From positions 1 through 21,284 of the IMG/VR virus record IMGVR_UViG_2597490295_000013: a DNA stretch of 21,284 nucleotides; one strand, given 5' to 3'. Every line of letters begins with the position of its first letter. The stretch's first letter is position 1. Below the pieces are notes generated by a model. That model saw only the letters and a list, made by a program, of their open reading frames with translations. It was not told the origin of the DNA and searched no databases. Below are positions 8,925 through 15,737 of this stretch, one piece after another. The DNA comes from a virus. The translations under genes and the position numbers were made by a program.

Positions 8925-9110
8925 ATGAAAGTTTTACAAAAAGGAAGTGAAAGAACATTTAAAAAAGAATGTCATAATTGTTATAGTCTTTTAGAATATA
9001 ATATGGAAGATGCGAAAATATTAGAAAGAGATTTTAATGGGATAATAAATGTAAGTTATTATATAACATGTCCTATATGTAAAGCAATTATAGACGTTAG
9101 CAGAAAATAA
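8925..9110 (+). CDS. Zinc-ribbon protein (start MKVLQKG)
   Basis: CHNC...CPIC; GGAGGT RBS. Confidence 0.8.
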   Translation: MKVLQKGSERTFKKECHNCYSLLEYNMEDAKILERDFNGIINVSYYITCPICKAIIDVSRK

Positions 9111-9139
9111 TTTTATTTAAACCGCATTAGGAGGAAATT

Positions 9140-9283
9140 ATGAAAAATAAATATGTATTTAAGTATAGTTTGATTGGAGATTATAATTTTGATGTAACTG
9201 CACCGAAAGGATATATTTATTATGGATATGAGATAGATGAAAGTTCTCAAATAATTATACATATATTTAAACTAATTGAGTAA
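9140..9283 (+). CDS. Hypothetical protein (47 aa)
   Basis: AGGAGG RBS. Confidence 0.65.
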   Translation: MKNKYVFKYSLIGDYNFDVTAPKGYIYYGYEIDESSQIIIHIFKLIE

Positions 9284-9312
9284 ATACATTTAAACCGCAT
9301 TGGAGGTGTAAT

Positions 9313-9597
9313 ATGTTATTTAAAAAAGAAATTTTAACTGAAATAGAATGTCAAATTCTTGATAAAGATTGTAATGGGTTTACCTTAATAGATGAAGGTG
9401 AATGGGTTCAAAGCGGAAAATATCAGTATAAAACTATAATATTTAAATTTGAAGGAAAATATTATATGTTACAAGATACAAGAAGCGGATCTCCTTTTAC
9501 TGACTGGTATTATGATTCTGATAATTGGAGTGATGAAGTTAATTGCATGGAAGTATATCCGAAAGAAGTTACAATAACTGTATGGGAAGCTGTTTAA
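9313..9597 (+). CDS. Phage hypothetical protein
   Basis: GGAGGTG RBS; acidic/aromatic; RSGSPFTDW motif. Confidence 0.8.
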   Translation: MLFKKEILTEIECQILDKDCNGFTLIDEGEWVQSGKYQYKTIIFKFEGKYYMLQDTRSGSPFTDWYYDSDNWSDEVNCMEVYPKEVTITVWEAV

Positions 9598-9630
9598 TAG
9601 GTAAAAGTATTAATTATTTGGAGGTTAATT

Positions 9631-9732
9631 ATGGAAATTTTAATAGGAATATTAATAGGAACGTTAGGATTAATGGTATTATTTTTAATAGGATGGAAAA
9701 TAGGAGATATTTTATTTAATAAGTACGTTTAA
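9631..9732 (+). CDS. Single-TM micropeptide (33 aa)
   Basis: GGAGGT RBS. Confidence 0.6.
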   Translation: MEILIGILIGTLGLMVLFLIGWKIGDILFNKYV

Positions 9733-9751
9733 ACCGCATTAGGAGGAAGTT

Positions 9752-9835
9752 ATGGATATTATAGGAATGTTAATAGTAATAATAATATGGTCTTTAATAG
9801 GATATTTAATAGGAAAGAATGTATCTAATAAGTAA
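9752..9835 (+). CDS. Single-TM micropeptide (27 aa)
   Basis: AGGAGG RBS. Confidence 0.55.
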   Translation: MDIIGMLIVIIIWSLIGYLIGKNVSNK

Positions 9836-9899
9836 ATTCAGTTAAACCGCACTTAAAGTAGGTATTAAATCAATTAGAACCGCGGTAGGAGGTGTAAAT

Positions 9900-10076
9900 A
9901 TGAATTATAAATCTAAAAAAAATAAAAAACGCAGAAGAAATTATAGACATATTAAATTAGAATGCACTTCTCATAAAGGAGGAAAAAGAAAAATTGATGC
10001 TATAAGTTTTTCTAAGAATCGTAGGAAGTCATGTTCAACAAGAAATTATAAGAAAACAGGATTAAACGTAATATAA
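9900..10076 (+). CDS. Highly basic small protein (58 aa)
   Basis: AGGAGGTG RBS; K/R-rich. Confidence 0.6.
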   Translation: MNYKSKKNKKRRRNYRHIKLECTSHKGGKRKIDAISFSKNRRKSCSTRNYKKTGLNVI

Positions 10077-11140
10077 TAAATAAATTTAAACTGAAAAAAA
10101 AAAGTAGGTATTAAATTTATTAAAATTGTATCTATATTCTAATCTACGTTTTCTTACTCTTGGTCAAAGTTATATAATTCAGCGGTATTAAAGTAATACG
10201 TAAATTCAGTTAAACCGCACTATGTTATATATAAACTAACATATAAAGACTAGTAAGAAAACGTAAGGAAGGATTAGTAAGAAAAAGTAAGTAAGAAAGG
10301 GGTATTAAAAAAGAAATAGAATATATGAGTTATGTAAATAAAAAGTAGAAAAGAGAAGGGTTGTATTAAATTATATAATCAAAGGGGTAAAAGAACCTTT
10401 TATGTTAAAATAAAGGAATTGAAGAGGTAAAAGAATCCCGCTCATCCCATGTACTTAAGTATCCCTATTTATCGTACACTTACTTTTGACCTAGTGGTAT
10501 TGAATTTTACTTAAATTTATCCAGAAGGAGATATTTTTATACTACACCGTATACGAAAGCAATATTATTTTATTTACTCCACGAGATTATTATTCTCGAA
10601 AAGTAATAAAAAAGAGTAGGTACGAGCGTTAGCGAGTACCTATAACGAATAGCGAGTGTAACGAGCAATTCACTATACATAGAGGGGATTTGTATATAAC
10701 GTAATGCGGTGCTAAAGCACCTTATTACTAATTAGTAAGAACGTATTGTTACGTAATTAGGTGCTAACGCACCTTATTACTATAGGATTTATTTACTCTA
10801 CGAGATGACCAAAGTGGAAAGTAAATGAATAGGGGGGGGGGTTTCTTTCTCATTATATATGTACTTTTAAATATATGAGTTAAACATTTCTGCCCAAAAG
10901 ATTAGAACAAACTATATAATAATAAAATTTAAGAATTAGAGGGAGAAATGCGTTACCGCATTTCTCCTATATATTGATTTTATAGTAATTAGATAATTCA
11001 ATAAGGCTACGAGATTAATGAAGTGGAAAGTAATAAGTATGTAATATGTATTATTATTTCCTCGTATTTTAAACTTAATTTCTATCAAAAGTAACCACAT
11101 ATTTATTAAATATTTCTGCCCAGAAGTTTAGAGCATATTA
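10077..11140. other. ~1 kb non-coding region with hairpins, direct repeats and a G10 tract: candidate origin or genome terminus
   Basis: No credible ORF; hairpins 10617-10642, 10647-10671, 10701-10728, 10753-10780, 10942-10967; G-run 10832-10841. Confidence 0.5.
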
Positions 11141-11142
11141 TA

Positions 11143-11171
11143 TTGACAATTTATTATAATTATGTTATAAT
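11143..11171 (+). promoter_or_regulatory. sigma-A/70 promoter
   Basis: TTGACA-17-TATAAT with extended TG. Confidence 0.9.
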
Positions 11172-11200
11172 ATATATAGAAATTAAAGAAAGGATAAATT

Positions 11201-11644
11201 ATGACAAATTGGGAACCTATATATGGATATAATGATTTATATATGATAAGTAAAGATGGACAGTTTAAAAAGGGAAATGAAGTTTTAGAAACTTTCCTAA
11301 GAGAAGATGATAAGGAATATATTATATTAATTAGTAAAACTGGCGAAAAGTGTATTTATTTAGTATCTACCTTATTAAAGAAATATTTTCCGGAAGACAA
11401 AGAAAAGTGAAAACAAATAGAAGAATTCAATAATAAATACTATATAAGTAGCAATGGAAGAGTTCTGTATAAAGATGAATGAGGAAAAGAAAATTTAATA
11501 ACAATACTTTATAGAAATGGTTGCGCATATGTTCGTTTATATGTAAAAAGAGAAAAAAGATACACATATTATATTCATTCATTAATGGATAAGTATTTTC
11601 CAGAAATAGAATATAAAGATGAAGGGTTTAGAGATACTTTTTAA
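11201..11644 (+). CDS. Tandem NUMOD4-domain protein (147 aa) read through two TGA codons
   Basis: Unit 1 WEPIYGYNDLYMISKDGQF...KYFP; unit 2 [TGA]KQIEEFNNKYYISSNGRV...KYFP; TGAs at 11408 and 11480, TAA at 11642. Confidence 0.75.
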
Positions 11645-11656
11645 GGAGGAATAAAT

Positions 11657-11785
11657 ATGAAAGAATTATTATATGAATTATTTTTTACATTAATGCATTG
11701 TATAATATTTTTTGTTTTTGCAGTGATTACTGTAGGTAAAATTATTTTATTACCATTTAGATATATTCTAAATAAATTAAGATAA
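11657..11785 (+). CDS. Small membrane protein (42 aa)
   Basis: AAGGAGG RBS; hydrophobic. Confidence 0.65.
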   Translation: MKELLYELFFTLMHCIIFFVFAVITVGKIILLPFRYILNKLR

Positions 11786-11796
11786 GGAGTAAGATT

Positions 11797-11961
11797 ATGC
11801 GGTTAAGATGTATTTACGACTTAGAAACGGAAGGATTGACGTATGGGAAGATATACAATCTTAGAATAGAAACAAATACTTCTTATGCTGTAAAGAATGA
11901 TAATGGAGACTTAGGGATTTATTTTAAATTTCGATTTAAAATAGTAAAGGAGGAGAACTAA
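11797..11961 (+). CDS. Small beta-rich hypothetical protein (54 aa, GLTYGKIY...NDNG)
   Basis: AAGGAG RBS, TAA stop. Confidence 0.7.
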   Translation: MRLRCIYDLETEGLTYGKIYNLRIETNTSYAVKNDNGDLGIYFKFRFKIVKEEN

Positions 11962-11962
11962 A

Positions 11963-12295
11963 ATGAAAGTGATGTTAGTAATTATGTTAATAGGTTTACT
12001 TGTGATGGGATTAATATTAACTGGATTCCAAGAGCAAATATCAGTGCTTGAAGATCAACAAGTTACTTTACTTCTTAAATTAGAAGAAGAAAATATTGCT
12101 AGACGTGCGGCAATAACGAATTTAGATGAAGTAACATTTGAGGCTGATAAGGCATTGGCAGATTATCAGAACACTATGGTAGATTATATAAATAACAATT
12201 TAGTAACAGCAGAATATATAGAGTATATGTATGAAGTGTTTGACGTAAGAACTAGAGATTTAAAATCAATGATTGAAGCGTTGCAGGGAGAATAG
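11963..12295 (+). CDS. Membrane-anchored coiled-coil protein
   Basis: N-terminal TM/signal segment; AAGGAGG RBS. Confidence 0.8.
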   Translation: MKVMLVIMLIGLLVMGLILTGFQEQISVLEDQQVTLLLKLEEENIARRAAITNLDEVTFEADKALADYQNTMVDYINNNLVTAEYIEYMYEVFDVRTRDLKSMIEALQGE

Positions 12296-12310
12296 TCTCC
12301 CTGTTTTTTT
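12284..12310 (+). terminator. Intrinsic terminator
   Basis: CAGGGAGA-ATAG-TCTCCCTG-T7. Confidence 0.85.
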
Positions 12311-12368
12311 GCGGTTTAAATGAGAAATTTCTTCTTCAGTTTGTCAAGGATGCGGTGTATTTTTCACA

Positions 12369-12451
12369 TAAAAAAAAGAGATAAAAGACTTCCAAGTTCT
12401 ACCCGATGTTGTAGGGGTCGAGTATACCTGTACTTGATTTATCTCTTTTAT
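12369..12451 (-). terminator. Long 3'-UTR hairpin ending in a U-tract
   Basis: AAAAGAGATAAA/TTTATCTCTTTT outer stem with nested CAAGT/ACTTG and TACTCGA/TCGGGTA stems. Confidence 0.55.
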
Positions 12452-12456
12452 ATAAC

Positions 12457-12768
12457 TTACTCAACGTCAACTGCTGGAGCATTTTCTTTGTCTTCTGTAT
12501 TATGACAAGGACAGTCGCAGTCATCTGGACAGTCTTCGTTACAATCGCACTCCGCGTCGTCCTCAATTACAATTTCTAATCTTTTTGATTTAACAATTAC
12601 TTTAATAACAATGTCTTGGTCTTTTCCTCTTAGTAACAACTCTCCACTAGCAAGATCTACTAGAATTTCATCACTTGTAGCTACAAATCCGCTTGCAAGT
12701 CTTGCTTTAACATCTTCTCTAGCAAGTTTAGCTAATTCTTTTGCACTTACTTCTTTAATTACTTCCAT
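12457..12768 (-). CDS. Hypothetical protein with Cys/Asp-rich tail; paralog of 16848-17078
   Basis: AGGAG RBS; RE.VK.RLA.GF..T.DE.L.D shared. Confidence 0.8.
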   Translation of the reverse strand: MEVIKEVSAKELAKLAREDVKARLASGFVATSDEILVDLASGELLLRGKDQDIVIKVIVKSKRLEIVIEDDAECDCNEDCPDDCDCPCHNTEDKENAPAVDVE

Positions 12769-12784
12769 AACCCATCTCTCCTTT

Positions 12785-12955
12785 TTATCCTTTAGTATAC
12801 CTTATTTTACCTCTATCTACTTCTAAATAATCAATATTTATTTCAAGTTTTAAATATCTTCCACGAGTACTGCCATTATCGCTTCCATAAAAAACGACAT
12901 AGCTACCTTTAAAAAACTGTTCTATGTTTACGCTACTTATAAAAAATGTTAACAT
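12785..12955 (-). CDS. Hypothetical protein (56 aa, MLTFFISSVN...)
   Basis: AAGGAGG RBS directly after the structured element; not in ORF track. Confidence 0.65.
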   Translation of the reverse strand: MLTFFISSVNIEQFFKGSYVVFYGSDNGSTRGRYLKLEINIDYLEVDRGKIRYTKG

Positions 12956-12969
12956 ATTTTATCCTCCTT

Positions 12970-13174
12970 ATTAATTCCTTAAAAATGTTTGAAGTTTACT
13001 GGCTGGGTTGTCTCCAGAGACATGATTTTTAATTAAGATTATTGCCTAGGTTAACTTAATTGCGGTACATGTGCTTCGATCAAATGAACTTAGCGCGCAC
13101 TATGTCATTTATGTTTCTTACCAAGGTTCCTACTTTTTCGCGGAACGAGCTTCAAACATTTTTAAGGAATTAAT
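12970..13174 (-). ncRNA. Candidate structured RNA closed by a perfect 25-bp stem
   Basis: Inverted repeat 12970-12994 / 13150-13174 with internal hairpins, just downstream of the promoter at 13198-13226. Confidence 0.6.
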
Positions 13175-13197
13175 TTTCTTTTCCTTTAACTATCTAT

Positions 13198-13226
13198 ATT
13201 ATATCATATCCTTACTTAAAAGTCAA
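13198..13226 (-). promoter_or_regulatory. sigma-A/70 promoter
   Basis: TTGACT-17-TATAAT with extended TG. Confidence 0.85.
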
Positions 13227-13245
13227 TAGTTTTTTTAATATTTTT

Positions 13246-13455
13246 TTAATTTTCTTGCAAAGGTCTGATATTACAAGTGTCACCAGTATCTACTGTAACT
13301 CCATATTCAGCAATCCTTTCTACATACTCCATGAATCTAACATGAGCCTTATGAAGATTCTGTGCTTCGATAATACGAGTTGCTCTACCTTTCGATTTTG
13401 TTTCTGCGTCTGTCCAGTTAAATGAAACTATATAAAATCCTGGCATAATTTTCAT
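13246..13455 (-). CDS. Hypothetical protein
   Basis: AAGGAG RBS, own promoter. Confidence 0.8.
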   Translation of the reverse strand: MKIMPGFYIVSFNWTDAETKSKGRATRIIEAQNLHKAHVRFMEYVERIAEYGVTVDTGDTCNIRPLQEN

Positions 13456-13484
13456 ATCTTTTCTCCTTTCCTTTATCTATATAT

Positions 13485-13513
13485 ATTATATCATATCTAC
13501 ACTTGAATGTCAA
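13485..13513 (-). promoter_or_regulatory. sigma-A/70 promoter
   Basis: TTGACA-17-TATAAT with extended TG. Confidence 0.9.
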
Positions 13514-13527
13514 GTAAATTTTATTAA

Positions 13528-13634
13528 TTTTTACTGGACATATGCTCTTTACGGCTAGGTGATGCATCGAACAGAATTTTACTGGACATGAGCGCTTTAC
13601 AGCTAGGTAGTGCACTGGGCAGAATTTACTGGAA
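13528..13634. repeat. Imperfect tandem repeat, 47-48 bp unit, ~2.2 copies
   Basis: TTTACTGGA at 13530, 13578, 13625; CTTTAC.GCTAGGT shared by two units. Confidence 0.8.
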
Positions 13635-13822
13635 AATTATGGAAAAAGGTCGGTGTATTTGCGGTGTATATGCGGTGTATAATTTCCAGGTTGCCTTCGG
13701 CGTTCGGTGTATAAGTGTCAAGGGTGCGGTGTATAAAAGGGACTTTGGTTTGTCAAGAGTGCGGTGTAGGAGGTCGGTGTATTGAGAAGTGCGGTGTATT
13801 GAAGATAAAAAAAAGAAGAGAA

Positions 13823-14113
13823 TTAATCTTCTTCAACTATTAATGTACTAGTTACTGTTTTAAAAGAAACAATTTCAGAATCTTCTATTAGAAATGCAAT
13901 ATTTTTAAGAGTAAAAAAATCTGTTTCAATATCTCCATTTTCATAAAAAAGTACAAAACTCTCACTATTTGTGCATTTTATTACAAAACAGTTAGGCAAA
14001 CAAGAATCATTTATTAAAATTAAACTTTTTTCATTTTCTAATTCTGTATAAATTTCATTAGTTAATTTTTCACTTGGTAATTCTTCTATTTTGACTTTAA
14101 AATTCATATCCAT
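13823..14113 (-). CDS. Acidic hypothetical protein
   Basis: AGAAAGGTGGTG RBS; terminator over the stop (~13807-13833). Confidence 0.8.
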   Translation of the reverse strand: MDMNFKVKIEELPSEKLTNEIYTELENEKSLILINDSCLPNCFVIKCTNSESFVLFYENGDIETDFFTLKNIAFLIEDSEIVSFKTVTSTLIVEED

Positions 14114-14136
14114 AACTTCACCACCTTTCTACTTAT

Positions 14137-14177
14137 AGTATACCATATGTATTCTTATATTACTATCATGCGGTGTA
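14137..14177 (-). promoter_or_regulatory. Box-type promoter
   Basis: TACACCGC-27bp-TATACT with extended TG. Confidence 0.8.
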
Positions 14178-14278
14178 TAATAAATTTTAGCTGAATGTAT
14201 TATGTACACCGGATAAAGCGGTGTAGTATGTCAAGTTTGCGGTGTATATAAAAGAAAAGAGATTTTACTCTCTTTTAC

Positions 14279-14488
14279 TTATCTGGCATTAACTGGTGTT
14301 AATTCTTCCGCCATTCCTAATTTTACCAATACTAAGTATTCTTTATTGCTAAGGTAAATATAAGTAAATTTATCTTCATCTCCATGTATTGCTACTTCTA
14401 TTTTTAATTCTTCAACTTCTTTTAAACTCATAACTGCTCTACTTGTTTCTCCTAAACGTGTATATGCCACTACTACTATATCAGTCAT
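14279..14488 (-). CDS. Hypothetical protein
   Basis: AGAAAGGTGGTG RBS; terminator ~14251-14276. Confidence 0.8.
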   Translation of the reverse strand: MTDIVVVAYTRLGETSRAVMSLKEVEELKIEVAIHGDEDKFTYIYLSNKEYLVLVKLGMAEELTPVNAR

Positions 14489-14514
14489 TTTCTACACCAC
14501 CTTTCTATACATTA

Positions 14515-14555
14515 AGTATAACATATATAAAACAAATCTTCAACGATGCGGTGTA
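14515..14555 (-). promoter_or_regulatory. Box-type promoter
   Basis: TACACCGC-27bp-TATACT with extended TG. Confidence 0.8.
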
Positions 14556-14580
14556 TTCTTATTCTAAAAAAAAAGAGGAA

Positions 14581-14811
14581 TTAATTCCCCTCTATTTGGC
14601 AAATTTCACATCTGTATTCTTTCTGTTCTAACATAATAATTTGTATGTTTAAAAATTCTAATCCCTTAATGAATCCCGCTATTTTATCCCCTATATGGTC
14701 ATGATAATAATCACCTTCAAGTAAAATTTTTCCAGTTGCAACATCAGTTAATTTCATTGAATAATCGCAAGTTTCACAAAAAGATATTTGTAATACTATT
14801 ATTTTATTCAT
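14581..14811 (-). CDS. Hypothetical protein with two CxxC motifs
   Basis: CETC...GDYYHD...CEIC. Confidence 0.8.
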   Translation of the reverse strand: MNKIIVLQISFCETCDYSMKLTDVATGKILLEGDYYHDHIGDKIAGFIKGLEFLNIQIIMLEQKEYRCEICQIEGN

Positions 14812-14815
14812 AAAA

Positions 14816-14947
14816 TCACTTCTTTCTTGATTGTAAAATAATGATATTAAGCATTAATTGTAATAAAGTTGAAATAACAAGACCTGCCCATGTTAAATCA
14901 CATGCTCCAAATAAAACAAATAAATTATAAAAAAATAAAAATAACAT
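14816..14947 (-). CDS. Small membrane protein; ends at TGA 14816 or, if TGA=W, at a TAA 4 codons later
   Basis: AGAAAGGTGGTG RBS; hydrophobic 43 aa. Confidence 0.6.
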   Translation of the reverse strand: MLFLFFYNLFVLFGACDLTWAGLVISTLLQLMLNIIILQSRKK

Positions 14948-14972
14948 AACTTTTCACCACCTTTCTATAACT

Positions 14973-15013
14973 AGTATACCATATACACCAAGAGAAAGAT
15001 ACAATGCGGTGTA
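14973..15013 (-). promoter_or_regulatory. Box-type promoter
   Basis: TACACCGC-27bp-TATACT with extended TG. Confidence 0.8.
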
Positions 15014-15116
15014 TATAAATTTTTGGCTTTATTAATACACTGACCTTAGTACACCGCACTATCCGGTGTATAGTCTCTTTCTACATCGCAAATACACCGG
15101 AAAAAAAGAAAGGCAA

Positions 15117-15347
15117 TTACTTGCCTTTTTTTGTAATAATTTCTAATAATTTCCTTTTGCCATCTTCTGCCAATGCTTCCTTAAATTGGTTATCGAAATA
15201 ACCTTTCCATGATTGGAAAAAAATGTCACCTCTAGTCCTTGCTTGTTTTCTGGAATAATCTGCCAAATTTGTTTCAACAAGCGTTTTCCTTAATCTTCCT
15301 TTTAAGGAATTAACTAACTGCTCTTTCTTTTTGTAAAGTTTTGCCAT
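15117..15347 (-). CDS. Basic hypothetical protein (start MAKLYKK)
   Basis: GGGAGTG RBS; terminator over the stop. Confidence 0.75.
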   Translation of the reverse strand: MAKLYKKKEQLVNSLKGRLRKTLVETNLADYSRKQARTRGDIFFQSWKGYFDNQFKEALAEDGKRKLLEIITKKGK

Positions 15348-15388
15348 TTTTAGCACTCCCTTCCAATGGAAAGAATAGGGAATAACCC

Positions 15389-15625
15389 CTATTCAACAAA
15401 ATCACTTGCGTTGATTCTTGCTTTTTTTTCAACGATTCTAAAAACAAAATCTTTTTCTTCATCTTTCTCATTGGTAAATACTAGTACAATTCCTTCTTTT
15501 GTAAATTTTACTTCCTGTTCAAAATTTTCTTCTAACAAAGTTGCTAATTCTGTTAAGAGTAATTCTCTTTTAGTGATTTTTGAATTACTTTTTGCTACCT
15601 TGACTGTTTTTACAATTTTAGCCAT
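15389..15625 (-). CDS. Hypothetical protein, possible distant relative of the 12457/16848 family
   Basis: AGAAAGGACGTG RBS identical to that of the 16848 gene; D-hydrophobic-I-V-x-K motif. Confidence 0.75.
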   Translation of the reverse strand: MAKIVKTVKVAKSNSKITKRELLLTELATLLEENFEQEVKFTKEGIVLVFTNEKDEEKDFVFRIVEKKARINASDFVE

Positions 15626-15670
15626 TTGTACACGTCCTTTCTAATAGTTTATAATTCTTTATCTACTTAC

Positions 15671-15711
15671 AGTATACCATAGTTTAATATAGATTAATAC
15701 TGTGCGGTGTA
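15671..15711 (-). promoter_or_regulatory. Box-type promoter
   Basis: TACACCGC-27bp-TATACT with extended TG. Confidence 0.8.
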
Positions 15712-15737
15712 TTAATCTTTTTTGAAAAAAAAAGGAC

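Larger units (their letters stand above)
9116..10221 (+). repeat. Dispersed TTAAACCGCA motifs, including a 22-bp exact repeat GTAAATTCAGTTAAACCGCACT (9832-9853, 10200-10221)
   Basis: Copies near 9117, 9290, 9729, 9842, 10210; several abut the RBS. Confidence 0.75.

Noticed and set aside
6421-11644. TGA-containing genes as pseudogenes
   Set aside because: No frameshifts or TAA/TAG interruptions; every disruption is TGA, including one at a conserved Trp. Not fully excluded
12970-13174. Retron msr-msd, 6S RNA, tRNA or IS element
   Set aside because: No reverse transcriptase or transposase in the window, no evident target-site duplication, and no cloverleaf or recognisable family signature; left unassigned
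13528-13634. Mini-CRISPR
   Set aside because: Similarity extends across the whole unit, so there are no unique spacers
14170-14177. Box as a lambda-type operator half-site (TATCACCGC) or a Chi site
   Set aside because: The resemblance is partial, dyad geometry differs, and strict intergenic location with fixed promoter spacing argues against Chi
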